Position numbers and translations under genes: made by a program
Origin: Hyphomicrobiales bacterium
GTDB lineage: Bacteria; Pseudomonadota; Alphaproteobacteria; Rhizobiales; Beijerinckiaceae
DNA: 64,000 nucleotides
Direction of reading: 5' to 3'
Assembly: GCA_947455455.1 (NCBI GenBank)
Contig: CANGOE010000001.1
Location: 38,700 to 102,699 of the forward strand
The notes under the pieces: generated by a model
The model's database searches: none
What the model was told of the DNA's origin: nothing
What the model saw: the letters and a program-made list of their open reading frames with translations, nothing else
Part shown: positions 18,867 through 28,458 of the stretch, one piece after another
Numbering within the stretch: position 1 is the stretch's first letter
Layout of the letters: the number at the start of each line of letters is the position of its first letter

Positions 18867-20532
18867 ATGCCTTTTTGGCCGCGGCCCTGAGGCTGGTAAT
18901 TGTTGCCCCCGGTGTCAGCACTTCCGGATTGGTCAGGCAATGGATGATGCTCGGCTTGCCCGATGCCAGACACCGCTCGAAGGCGGGGCCGAACTCCTCG
19001 GTGCGTTCCACCCGTTCGCCATGACCGCCAAAGGCGCGGGCATAGGCGGCAAAATCGGGATTTTTCAACGCTGTGGCCGAAACGCGGTTCGGATATTCGC
19101 GCTCCTGATGCATGCGGATCGTGCCATACATGCCGTTGTCCACCACCACCACCACGATCGGCAGATCATATTGCACGGCTGTGGCAAATTCCTGCCCGTT
19201 CATCATGAAGCAACCGTCACCGGCAAAGGCGACAACCATCCGGTGCGGTTGGGCGCGCTTGGCCCCTACGGCGGCGGGAACGCCATAGCCCATCGAGCCC
19301 GATGTCGGGGCCAGTTGCGCCCCATGCTGGTGGTAATGCAGGAACCGGCCAACCCAGATCGCATAATTGCCCGCGCCGTTGGTCACAATCGCATCCTTGG
19401 GCAATTTGCTCCGTAATTCCATCATCACGGTCGCCATATCGAGCTGACTGCCATGCACCGGAGCCTGATTGGTCCAGCCCAGATAGTCCTCATGCGCTTT
19501 CGCCGCATCGGCTTCCCAGGCAATCTGGTGGGGGGGCTGTACGGTTTCGAGCGAGGCGGCAAAGGCTTTGGGGCTGGCATGGATGCCCAGTACCGGATGA
19601 TAGACGCGGCCCAGCTCTTCGGCATCGGCATGCACATGCACAAAGGCCATTTGCGGCAGGGGAATATCGAACAGCGTATAGCTTTGCGAGGGCATTTCGG
19701 CCATGCGTCCGCCGATCAGCAAGACCAGATCGCTGGAGGCAATCCGCTCTTTCAGCTTCGGATTGGGACCAATGCCGATTTCGCCGGCATATAACGGATG
19801 CTCGTTGGGAAACAGCATGGCGCGGCGGAACGAGGTGGCAACCGGCAGTTGGAACCGCTCGGCAAAGCGCACCATCGAGGCAATCGCCTTGTCGTTCCAG
19901 CCCGACCCACCCAGAATGGCAACAGGCTTTTTCGCCGCCCAGAGCAGTTTTTGCAATTCGGCCATTTGTGTCAGGCCCGGCCATGTTTCGACAGGTTCGA
20001 CGCGTGGCACAACCGGCACGCTTGCCGTCTCCAGCAGGACATCTTCGGGCAGGGCGATGACCACAGGGCCGGGCCGGCCCTGCATGGCGACATGGAAAGC
20101 CCGCGCAATCACTTCAGGAATACGGGCGGCATCATCGATTTCGGTGACCCATTTGGCGGTCGAACCGAAAAAGGCACGGTAATCCATCTCCTGAAACGCG
20201 CCGCGCTCCCGCATGCCGCGTTCGATCTGCCCGACAAACATGATCAGCGGCACGCTGTCATGCTCGGCAATATGGATCCCGGGCGAGGCATTGGTGGCCC
20301 CCGGTCCGCGTGTCACCATCACAATGCCGGGACGGCCCGACAGGCGCGCCGTCGCATCGGCCATCATGGTGGCTCCGCCTTCCTGACGGCAGACGGTCAC
20401 CGGAATCGACGCATCATGCAAGGCATCCAGCACAGCCAGATAGCTTTCGCCCGGCACACAAAAAACGTGTTCGACCCCTTGGGCCTGCAAGGCATCGACG
20501 ATCAGTTGTCCGCCTGTGCGAGCTGTTGTCAT
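18865..20532 (-). CDS. thiamine-diphosphate-dependent enzyme (acetolactate-synthase-like fold), substrate unknown
   Basis: 555 aa. N-terminal ThDP pyrimidine-binding domain (GGQLIVDALQAQGVEHVFCVPGESYL) and a C-terminal GDG...NN ThDP/Mg motif (FAGDGCFMMNGQEFATAVQYDLPIVVVVVDNGMYG). Confidence 0.8.
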   Translation of the reverse strand: MTTARTGGQLIVDALQAQGVEHVFCVPGESYLAVLDALHDASIPVTVCRQEGGATMMADATARLSGRPGIVMVTRGPGATNASPGIHIAEHDSVPLIMFVGQIERGMRERGAFQEMDYRAFFGSTAKWVTEIDDAARIPEVIARAFHVAMQGRPGPVVIALPEDVLLETASVPVVPRVEPVETWPGLTQMAELQKLLWAAKKPVAILGGSGWNDKAIASMVRFAERFQLPVATSFRRAMLFPNEHPLYAGEIGIGPNPKLKERIASSDLVLLIGGRMAEMPSQSYTLFDIPLPQMAFVHVHADAEELGRVYHPVLGIHASPKAFAASLETVQPPHQIAWEADAAKAHEDYLGWTNQAPVHGSQLDMATVMMELRSKLPKDAIVTNGAGNYAIWVGRFLHYHQHGAQLAPTSGSMGYGVPAAVGAKRAQPHRMVVAFAGDGCFMMNGQEFATAVQYDLPIVVVVVDNGMYGTIRMHQEREYPNRVSATALKNPDFAAYARAFGGHGERVERTEEFGPAFERCLASGKPSIIHCLTNPEVLTPGATITSLRAAAKKA

Positions 20533-20585
20533 GGTCCTGATCCTATGGATGGTTTAGCTGTATCGCCTGTCGGGGAAGGATAACA

Positions 20586-20619
20586 ACGCGCCGAAAAACC
20601 GGTTGGCTCTTCGGCGCGT
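20586..20619 (-). other. intercistronic hairpin between gcdH and the ThDP-enzyme gene
   Basis: Perfect 10-bp stem ACGCGCCGAA/TTCGGCGCGT with a 14-nt loop that contains the palindrome AACCGGTT. No U-run follows on the minus strand. Confidence 0.45.
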
Positions 20620-20645
20620 CTGGAGTGTCAGGCCGTCACGCGCTC

Positions 20646-21851
20646 TCAAAAGAACGCCTGCAACCCTGTGATCGCACGGCCAAGAATCAACGCATGGATG
20701 TCATGCGTGCCTTCATAGGTGTTGACCGTTTCCAGATTCTGGGCATGGCGCATCACGTGATATTCTTCCGAAATCCCGTTGCCGCCGTGCATGTCGCGGG
20801 CAATACGGGCTATGTCGAGCGCCTTGCCGCAATTGTTGCGTTTGACGATCGAGATCATTTCCGGAGCCATCTTGCCTTCGTCGAACAGACGGCCGACCCG
20901 CAACGAGCCTTGCAGGCCGAGCGAGATTTCTGTGACCATATCGGCCAGCTTTTTCTGCACGAGCTGGGTCTGGGCCAGCGGACGGCCAAACTGCTTGCGG
21001 TCGAGCGTGTATTGACGGGCGCGGGTGTAGCAATCTTCCGCCGCCCCCATCACACCCCATGAAATCCCGTAACGGGCGCGGTTGAGACAACCGAACGGTC
21101 CCTTCAGGCCGGACACGTTGGGCAACAGGTTCTCTTCTGGAACCACGACACCATCCATCACGATTTCACCGGTGATCGAGGTGCGCAGGGACAATTTGCC
21201 GCCGATTTTCGGAGCGCTCAGCCCCTTCATGCCCTTTTCAAGCACGAAGCCGCGGATTTCGTTGTCATGCACCGCCGATTTGGCCCAGACCACGAACACA
21301 TCGGCAATCGGTGAATTGGAAATCCACATTTTCGAGCCGGTCAGACGGTAGCCGTCCGATACTTTCTCGACGCGGGTGCGCATGCCTGCCGGATCGGAGC
21401 CTGCATCGGGCTCGGTCAGGCCGAAACAGCCGATCCATTCGCCGGACGCCAGTTTGGGCAGATATTTCATCCGCTGTTCTTCGGTGCCATAGGCATAGAT
21501 CGGGTGCATGACCAGCGAGGACTGCACGCTCATCATCGAGCGATAGCCGGAATCGACGCGCTCGACCTCGCGCGCAACCAGCCCGTAGGAGACGTAGCTG
21601 GCATTGGCGCAACCGTATTTTTCGGGGATGGTGATGCCCAGCAGGCCCAATTCGCCCATTTCGTTGAAAATGGCGCGGTCGGAATGTTCGTCCGAATAGG
21701 CCTTGATTGCGCGCGGCAGAAGTTTTTCCTGCGCATAGTCGCGGGCCGTGTCGCGGATCATCCGCTCGTCTTCGGTCAACTGGTCGTCAATCAAAAAGGC
21801 ATCGTCCCACTGGAAGGCTGCCGCTTTCTTCATGCTGTCTGAGGCACTCAT
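20646..21851 (-). CDS. gcdH: glutaryl-CoA dehydrogenase
   Basis: ACAD fold with the GCDH-type N-terminus ([27 protein letters not shown]), [14 protein letters not shown], and a C-terminal [14 protein letters not shown]. Confidence 0.9.
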   Translation of the reverse strand: MSASDSMKKAAAFQWDDAFLIDDQLTEDERMIRDTARDYAQEKLLPRAIKAYSDEHSDRAIFNEMGELGLLGITIPEKYGCANASYVSYGLVAREVERVDSGYRSMMSVQSSLVMHPIYAYGTEEQRMKYLPKLASGEWIGCFGLTEPDAGSDPAGMRTRVEKVSDGYRLTGSKMWISNSPIADVFVVWAKSAVHDNEIRGFVLEKGMKGLSAPKIGGKLSLRTSITGEIVMDGVVVPEENLLPNVSGLKGPFGCLNRARYGISWGVMGAAEDCYTRARQYTLDRKQFGRPLAQTQLVQKKLADMVTEISLGLQGSLRVGRLFDEGKMAPEMISIVKRNNCGKALDIARIARDMHGGNGISEEYHVMRHAQNLETVNTYEGTHDIHALILGRAITGLQAFF

Positions 21852-21866
21852 AATCTCTTTTTCCCC

Positions 21867-23411
21867 TTATCCTGCATCGATATCGAAGCTCACACCTTGT
21901 GCCAGAGGCAGGCTGGTGCCGTAATTGATCGTATTGGTCGCCCGACGCATATAGGCTTTCCATGCGTCAGATCCAGCCTCGCGGCCGCCACCTGTTTCCT
22001 TTTCGCCACCGAAGGCCCCGCCAATCTCTGCCCCCGATGGGCCGATATTGACATTGGCAATGCCGCAATCGGAGCCGTCCGACGCAATAAAGCGTTCCGC
22101 CTCGCGCATGTCGAGCGTAAACAGCGAGGAGGACAGGCCCGCCCCCACGCCATTTTGCATCGCAATCGCCTCCTCGAAGGCTGAATAGCGGATCACATAA
22201 AGGATCGGGGCAAAGGTCTCGCGCAATGCAGGGCCGCTATGCGAGGGCATTTCGACCAGCGCAGGGGCGACGTAAAAGCCGTTCTCGCATGTTTCAACCG
22301 CCACGCGGCCGCCACCTGTGATCTGGGCTCCTGCTCCTTTGGCTTCAACCAAGGCTTTTTCCATCAGTTCGAAGGCCTGTTGGTCGATCAGCGGGCCAAC
22401 CAGCACGCCATCGCGGCGCGGATCACCGATCTGGACCGAGCCATAGACCTTGCGCAGTTTCGGCAGCAATTGCTCGTAGATGCTGTCATGCACGAACAGC
22501 CGCCGCAGGGTGGTGCAACGCTGACCGGCCGTTCCGATCGCGGCAAAGGCAATGCCGCGCAATGCCAGATCGAGATCGGCTGAAGGGGCGACAATGGCGG
22601 CATTGTTGCCGCCCAGCTCCAGAATGGCGCGGGCAAAACGGGCCGCCAGTTTCGGTGCGACCTGACGGCCCATCGCGGTCGAGCCCGTCGCCGAGACAAG
22701 GGCCACGCGGGGATCGTCCACCAGGGCTTCGCCAATATCGCGGCCACCCACCAGCACGCTGGCCAGACCCTGTGGCAGGCCGCCGAATTTGACCGCGGCG
22801 CGTTCGACAATCGCCTGTGTGGCCAAAGCGGTCAGCAGGGTTTTCTCGGAGGGTTTCCAGACCACGGCATTGCCGCACACCAGTGCCAGCGCCGCATTCC
22901 ATGACCAGACAGCAACCGGAAAATTGAAGGCTGAAATCACGCCGCAAATACCCAGCGGATGCCATGTCTCCATCATCCGGTGGTCGGGACGCTCGGTGGC
23001 AATCGTCAGCCCGAACAATTGGCGCGACAGACCGACCGCATAATCGCAGATGTCGATCATTTCCTGCACTTCGCCCAAGCCTTCGGAGGTGATTTTGCCG
23101 GCTTCCAGCGTCACCAGACGGCCCAGATCGGCCTTGCAGGCGCGCAATTCCTCGCCCAGCAACCGTACAAATTCGCCACGGCGCGGTGCGGGTACCTTGC
23201 GCCAGAGCCTGAAGGCGGCTTCCGCTTGCCCCAAGACATCCTGTGTTTGCGCCAGCGAGGTGGTTTTGACTGTGACGATGATCTTGCCGTCAATCGGTGA
23301 ACGGGCCGCAATGCCGGAGGGCAGATTGGCATCGGTCTCGCTGAAATGGCTGGAGGGCACGCCAAGGCGTTTCAGGATGGCAAGGGCTTCATCACGCGGG
23401 GAAAGAGACAT
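21867..23411 (-). CDS. amaB: ALDH7-type aldehyde dehydrogenase (alpha-aminoadipate semialdehyde / piperideine-6-carboxylate dehydrogenase, AmaB-like)
   Basis: Antiquitin-family signature block EAGKITSEGLGEVQEMIDICDYAVGLSRQL...WHPLGICGVISAFNFPVAVWSWN and the catalytic-Cys region GTAGQRCTT. It lies 15 nt upstream of gcdH. Confidence 0.8.
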   Translation of the reverse strand: MSLSPRDEALAILKRLGVPSSHFSETDANLPSGIAARSPIDGKIIVTVKTTSLAQTQDVLGQAEAAFRLWRKVPAPRRGEFVRLLGEELRACKADLGRLVTLEAGKITSEGLGEVQEMIDICDYAVGLSRQLFGLTIATERPDHRMMETWHPLGICGVISAFNFPVAVWSWNAALALVCGNAVVWKPSEKTLLTALATQAIVERAAVKFGGLPQGLASVLVGGRDIGEALVDDPRVALVSATGSTAMGRQVAPKLAARFARAILELGGNNAAIVAPSADLDLALRGIAFAAIGTAGQRCTTLRRLFVHDSIYEQLLPKLRKVYGSVQIGDPRRDGVLVGPLIDQQAFELMEKALVEAKGAGAQITGGGRVAVETCENGFYVAPALVEMPSHSGPALRETFAPILYVIRYSAFEEAIAMQNGVGAGLSSSLFTLDMREAERFIASDGSDCGIANVNIGPSGAEIGGAFGGEKETGGGREAGSDAWKAYMRRATNTINYGTSLPLAQGVSFDIDAG

Positions 23412-23546
23412 TCAGGCAGCCTTTATCGGTTGAACTCGTCATATTTATCAAAACGCTATTTTGTCGGGGCTGGCAAATAGGTTTTCTCTCGTCTAGCTTG
23501 GAATGGAAGATTTTCGCACAAAGTTTCAGCTTTCAAAGGAATAAAT

Positions 23547-24779
23547 ATGTCTGATTCCGCGCCTGTTTCAGCCGATGTGGTGATCGTCGGCGGTGCCGCA
23601 ATCGGTTCGTCCATTGCGTATCATCTGGCGCGGGATCCCGATTTCACGGGACGGGTCGTGGTGATCGAAAAAGATCCCACTTATGCCAAAGCGGCTTCGG
23701 CACTGTCCGCCGCCTCGATCCGTCAGCAGTTTTCTACTGCCGTCAATATCCGCATTTCCCTTTATGGAATTGATTTTTTGCGCCAGATCGGGGCGCATCT
23801 TGCGGTTGATGGCGAGGTGCCGGTGATCGATCTGCACGAGGGCGGCTATCTCTATCTGGCCAGCGGTTCGGGGCTTGATGGGGCCGGTGCGAAGACCCTG
23901 CATGACAATCATGCCATCCAGACTAGCGAGGGTGCCGATATTGCGCTGTTCGACCGGGCGGGTCTTGCAAGCCGGTTCGAATGGCTGAATGTCGACGATC
24001 TGGCCTGTGGCTCATGGGGGCGCACGGGCGAGGGCTGGTTTGACGGCTGGGCCCTTATGCAGGCATTTCGCCGCAAAGCGCGCGTACTCGGTGTCACCTA
24101 TGTCAGCGATGAGGTGGTGGATGTGGTGCGGCAGGGGCGGGTGATCCGTGGCGTCACCCTGAAATCGGGACAGACGATCGCCTGCGCCACGTTGATCAAT
24201 GCGGCCGGAGCCAACGGGCGCAAGGTGGCGGCGCTTGCGGGGGTCGAGATCCCTGTCGTGCCCAAGAAGCGCTATGTCTACACCTTCCATTGCAAACAGG
24301 CTTTGGCGGGCGTGCCTTTGCTGATCGACCCGAGCGGTGCATGGTGCAGGCCAGAAGGCAGACCCGATGCCGGCGGCCAGATGTTTATCGGCAGTATCGC
24401 GCCGGGCGAGGGCGAGGATGATCCCGAAATGGACGACAATGATTTCTCGGTCGATCCGCATCTTTTCGAGGATCAGTTGTGGCCCCTGCTGGCCCACCGG
24501 ATTCCGGCCTTTGAGGAAATCAGGCCGGGGCGGGCCTGGGCCGGTCCCTATGATATGAACCTGTTCGATCACAATGCGATTCTGGGGCCGGTCGAGGGTA
24601 TCGACAATCTGTTGCTTGCCAACGGCTTTTCCGGCCATGGCTTGCAACAAAGCCCTGCGGTTGGCCGGGCCTTGGCCGAATGGGTCATCCATGGCCATTA
24701 CCGCACGCTGGATGTTTCCGATCTCGGCTTCGACCGGATCGCCAAGCGCCAGCCTGTGCTGGAAAAATGTATTATCTGA
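23547..24779 (+). CDS. FAD-dependent oxidoreductase (DAO family; pipecolate/sarcosine-oxidase-like or FOXRED1-like)
   Basis: N-terminal dinucleotide fold DVVIVGGAAIGSSIAYHLA, C-terminal GFSGHGLQQSPAVG, 410 aa. Divergent from amaB. Confidence 0.75.
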   Translation: MSDSAPVSADVVIVGGAAIGSSIAYHLARDPDFTGRVVVIEKDPTYAKAASALSAASIRQQFSTAVNIRISLYGIDFLRQIGAHLAVDGEVPVIDLHEGGYLYLASGSGLDGAGAKTLHDNHAIQTSEGADIALFDRAGLASRFEWLNVDDLACGSWGRTGEGWFDGWALMQAFRRKARVLGVTYVSDEVVDVVRQGRVIRGVTLKSGQTIACATLINAAGANGRKVAALAGVEIPVVPKKRYVYTFHCKQALAGVPLLIDPSGAWCRPEGRPDAGGQMFIGSIAPGEGEDDPEMDDNDFSVDPHLFEDQLWPLLAHRIPAFEEIRPGRAWAGPYDMNLFDHNAILGPVEGIDNLLLANGFSGHGLQQSPAVGRALAEWVIHGHYRTLDVSDLGFDRIAKRQPVLEKCII

Positions 24780-24794
24780 GCGGGACCGGACGGT

Positions 24795-25418
24795 TTATCC
24801 GCGTTGCGGCACGGTGGCCGCGGCCAGTCCTGCGCCCACCAGCAGGACAGCCCCCGACCGGTTGAACCAGCGGATTGCGCGAGGCGAGCCCATTACTTGG
24901 CGGGCGCGGCTGGCGGTGAGCGCATAGAAAAGCGCATTGGCAAAGGCCAGCACCAGAAAGGTGCTTTCGAATACCAGCATCTGCACCCAGAAATTGCCCT
25001 GCGGGTCCATGAATTGCGGCAGGAAAGCAATAAAAAAGGTCAGGCTTTTCGGGTTCAGCGCCGTCACAATCCAAGCATGCATGACCATGGTGGAAGCCCG
25101 CGTTTCGGCTTGACGCGGGGCGATATCGAAACGGCCACCCGCCCGCCACATGCCGATGCCGAGCCAGACCAGATAGGCCGCTCCCAGCCATTTGAGGCCG
25201 AGATAGAGGGTGGCCGAGGTTTGCAACAGCGCCCCCAGCCCCAGCATCGAAAAACTCATGGCGGTGAAATCACCCAGGGCCACCCCGATGGCCGTCGGCA
25301 GGGCCGCCCGCCAGCCTTGCCCGAGGGCATAGGACACCACCAGCAACACGGTGGGTCCGGGGATCAGCACCAGAATGGTCGAGGCGGCGGCAAAAGCCAG
25401 CCAGATATCAAAGTCCAT
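24795..25418 (-). CDS. LysE/RhtB-family amino-acid exporter
   Basis: 207 aa with 5-6 TM segments. N-terminus MDFDIWLAFAAASTILVLIPGPTVLLVVSYALGQG is typical of the LysE family. Confidence 0.85.
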   Translation of the reverse strand: MDFDIWLAFAAASTILVLIPGPTVLLVVSYALGQGWRAALPTAIGVALGDFTAMSFSMLGLGALLQTSATLYLGLKWLGAAYLVWLGIGMWRAGGRFDIAPRQAETRASTMVMHAWIVTALNPKSLTFFIAFLPQFMDPQGNFWVQMLVFESTFLVLAFANALFYALTASRARQVMGSPRAIRWFNRSGAVLLVGAGLAAATVPQRG

Positions 25419-25439
25419 TGCCGCCCCCTCGATACTCCG

Positions 25440-26618
25440 TCAGATCAGTTTGCGCTTGGCGAGATTGCGCATCAGTTGCGTTATGCCGAAGGTCCAGGGC
25501 GCGCATTCGTTCGAGCGCTTCATGCGGTTGACCAGCGCGCCGAGTTCCGGTGTCGCGATGGTCACCACATCGTCCATCTTATGGGTAAAGCCCTCGCCCG
25601 GATGGTCGCGGTCGTCGATCGGGGCAAACAGCGTGCCGGTGAACAGCACCGCGCCATCGGGATATTGATGGTTGCGGTTGAGCATCTGCGCGGTCAGGTC
25701 GGTATAGTCACGGCTGATCTGGTCGAGCCGCGAGGAGCCTTTCAGCACATAGCCGTCGGTGCCTTCCACTGTCAGCGACAAAACACAATGGCGCATCTGG
25801 TCGAGCGTGAAACTGGCATCGAAGAAGCGGATGAATGGGCCGAGGCTGGCCGAGGCATTGTTGTCCTTGGCTTTGCCCAGCAACAAGGCCGAACGGCCTT
25901 CGACATCGCGCAAATTCACATCATTGCCGAGCGTGCCGCCGACAATGCGCCCGTCCGAGGACACCACCAGCACCACTTCCGGCTCCGGATTGTTCCAGTT
26001 CGACATCGGATGCAGACCCGCATCGAAACCGGTGCCGACAGCCGACATGGTGGGCGATTTGGTGAAAATTTCCGCATCCGGCCCGATGCCGACCTCCAGA
26101 TACTGGCTCCATGCCCCTTGCTTGATCAGCACATCCTTGAGGCGCATGGCTTCGGGTGAACCCGGCTTGAGTTTGGACAGGTCATCACCGACCAGCGCGA
26201 CAATTTCCTTGCGGATTTCGGCGGCGGCGGCGGCATTGCCACGGGCCTTTTCCTCGATCACCCGTTCAAGCATGGAAATGGCAAAGGTCACACCGGCGGC
26301 TTTGACAGCCTGCAGATCGATCGGGGCGAGCAACCATGGTTTGTTCGGGTCCCGGTCATCCTCCGGCGTATTGGCCAGCAAGGCGGCGAGATCGCAGATC
26401 CGCTCGCCTGTGACCGCCCGCATGGCGCTTGCCGGGTCGGCCTGCTCGCACAGGTCGTGCATGGTGGGATAATGTGCGGAGATGTCATAGACACCATCGG
26501 CGCGGATCGCGACCACCGAGGGGCCTTCGACCTCGGGCCGCCAGACGCGTCCCGCAAGGGCTCCCGTGGTGCCGTCATGTGGCAGGGTCTGTTCCGGCGT
26601 CAGCAGTAATTTGGTCAT
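25440..26618 (-). CDS. fumarylacetoacetate hydrolase (FAH) superfamily protein, long (~390 aa) form
   Basis: C-terminal FAH-fold motifs (PEPEVVLVV, GNDVNLRDVEG, LGKAKDNNAS) and an extra N-terminal domain. Divergent from a UxaA/GarD dehydratase. Confidence 0.7.
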   Translation of the reverse strand: MTKLLLTPEQTLPHDGTTGALAGRVWRPEVEGPSVVAIRADGVYDISAHYPTMHDLCEQADPASAMRAVTGERICDLAALLANTPEDDRDPNKPWLLAPIDLQAVKAAGVTFAISMLERVIEEKARGNAAAAAEIRKEIVALVGDDLSKLKPGSPEAMRLKDVLIKQGAWSQYLEVGIGPDAEIFTKSPTMSAVGTGFDAGLHPMSNWNNPEPEVVLVVSSDGRIVGGTLGNDVNLRDVEGRSALLLGKAKDNNASASLGPFIRFFDASFTLDQMRHCVLSLTVEGTDGYVLKGSSRLDQISRDYTDLTAQMLNRNHQYPDGAVLFTGTLFAPIDDRDHPGEGFTHKMDDVVTIATPELGALVNRMKRSNECAPWTFGITQLMRNLAKRKLI

Positions 26619-26868
26619 GCGTTCCTCGTCCCGAAGTTTTGATCTGTGTGGCTGATCGGTCTACAGTGTCGGGCTTTTGAGCGTCGGGCAAGATGAAAGT
26701 GGCAAAAAACCCGCCGGCTTCCGGCCCTTCAGATTTGCTCTGCGTCCCGCGCATGGCCACCATCGGCCCGCCTTTGATCGAATTCAGGCGGTCAGGGTTG
26801 AAATTGTTGGCCTGTCGTGGTGTTGTAACTGTCACGAATACTAACATGTTGAAATGAGGTTACGTCTG

Positions 26869-28401
26869 ATGAACGCTCCTGCGGCACAAACGCCACGTAC
26901 AATTCTGCTTTCGCCTTCCGATAATGTTGTGGCTGCCGTCGATACCGTCGACAAGGGCGTTGTGGTCCACGGCGTGACCGCCATTGACCGGATTCCGCGC
27001 GGTCATAAAATGTCGCTGACCGGAATTGCCGAGGGCGAACCGGTGATCAAGTTCGGCCAGATCATCGGATTTACCACCAAGACCGTGCCGCCCGGCTCAT
27101 GGTTGCACGAGCACAATGTCGGCATGCGCGACTTTGCCCGTGATTACCGCTTTTCCGAGGATGCCCGCGAGGAAGAGATCCTTCCCGTCGCACAGCAGGC
27201 CACGTTCGAGGGCTTCCGCCGCGCCAATGGCAAAGTGGGAACCCGCAATTATATTGCCATCCTGACCTCTGTGAATTGCTCGGCCTCGGCCGCGCGCTTC
27301 ATGGCGCAGGAGATCGAACGGTCCGGGATCCTCAAGGATTATCCGCATATCGATGGGGTGATCCCGCTGGTGCATGGCGGCGGTTGCGCGCTCGACATCA
27401 AGGGCGAGGGCTACGAGATTCTGAAGCGCACCCAATGGGGCTATGCCTGCAACCCGAATATGGCGGGTGTTGTGATGGTCGGTCTGGGTTGCGAAGGCTT
27501 CCAGATTTCGCGCTGGAAAGATGCCTATGGCATTACCGAAAGCGATATGTTCCGCACCATGACCATTCAGGAAGTCGGCGGCACCAAAAAGACGGTCGAA
27601 GCGGGCGTGGAAGCCATCAAGACCATGTTGCCGATTGCCAATGCGGCACGCCGCCAGACTGTTCCGGCCTCCGAATTGATGCTGGCTTTGCAGTGCGGTG
27701 GTTCGGATGGCTATTCCGGCATTACCGCCAATCCGGCTTTGGGGGCGGCGGTCGATCTTTTGGTCCAGCATGGCGGCACAGCGATTTTGTCCGAAACGCC
27801 CGAAGTCTATGGCGCGGAACATTTGCTGACCCGCCGCGCGGCCACGCCGGAAATCGGCAAGAAGCTGGTCGACATGATCCATTGGTGGGAGGACTATACC
27901 GCCCGCAACAAGATGGAGATGAACAACAACCCGTCACCGGGCAACAAGGCAGGCGGTTTGACCACAATCTTGGAAAAATCGCTGGGGGCTACGGCCAAAG
28001 GCGGCACCAAGACCATGACCGGTGTCTACCACTATGCCGAACAGGTCACCGCCAAGGGCTTCGTCTACATGGACACCCCCGGTTATGATCCGGTGGCCGC
28101 AACAGGTCAGGTGGCAGGGGGAGCCAATATTCTGGCCTTTACCACCGGACGCGGCTCGGCCTATGGCTGTAAGCCGACACCCTCGGTCAAACTGGCGACC
28201 AATTCCGAAATCTACCGCAAGATGATCGACGATATGGACATCAATTGCGGTGATATTGTCGACGGTGTCAGCGTCGAGGACAAAGGCAAAGAGATTTTCG
28301 ATGTGCTGTTGCGCGTCGCTTCCGGCGAACAGTCCAAATCCGAACAGCTCGGTTATGGCGATGCCGAATTCGTGCCTTGGACTGTTGGCGCGACCATGTG
28401 A
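26869..28401 (+). CDS. UxaA/GarD-family sugar-acid dehydratase (altronate/galactarate dehydratase-like)
   Basis: N-terminal SAF domain (DNVVAAVDTVDKG...IPRGHKM) followed by the UxaA_C region (HGGGC, GLGCE, QCGGSD, GYDPV, TTGRGS). The ATG at 26869 is preceded by GAGG. The longest ORF starts at 26854. Confidence 0.85.
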   Translation: MNAPAAQTPRTILLSPSDNVVAAVDTVDKGVVVHGVTAIDRIPRGHKMSLTGIAEGEPVIKFGQIIGFTTKTVPPGSWLHEHNVGMRDFARDYRFSEDAREEEILPVAQQATFEGFRRANGKVGTRNYIAILTSVNCSASAARFMAQEIERSGILKDYPHIDGVIPLVHGGGCALDIKGEGYEILKRTQWGYACNPNMAGVVMVGLGCEGFQISRWKDAYGITESDMFRTMTIQEVGGTKKTVEAGVEAIKTMLPIANAARRQTVPASELMLALQCGGSDGYSGITANPALGAAVDLLVQHGGTAILSETPEVYGAEHLLTRRAATPEIGKKLVDMIHWWEDYTARNKMEMNNNPSPGNKAGGLTTILEKSLGATAKGGTKTMTGVYHYAEQVTAKGFVYMDTPGYDPVAATGQVAGGANILAFTTGRGSAYGCKPTPSVKLATNSEIYRKMIDDMDINCGDIVDGVSVEDKGKEIFDVLLRVASGEQSKSEQLGYGDAEFVPWTVGATM

Positions 28402-28424
28402 CCCTGTCCGCTCAGGACAACATC

Positions 28425-28458
28425 AAAGCCGATGCCTGTCAGGGTGTCGGCTTTTTTT
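28425..28458 (+). terminator. rho-independent terminator downstream of the UxaA-family gene
   Basis: AAAGCCGA...TCGGCTTT stem followed by a T7 run. It overlaps the stop of the convergent amidase gene. Confidence 0.65.

Noticed and set aside
26667-26681. The 15-mer TGTCGGGCTTTTGAG is repeated at 42815-42829. Both copies lie in divergent promoter spacers (FAH/UxaA and transaminase/ToxR-like regulator).
   Set aside because: One or a few chance 15-mer matches are expected in 64 kb when both strands are counted. The flanking sequence is not similar, so I cannot call it a motif without genome-wide counts.
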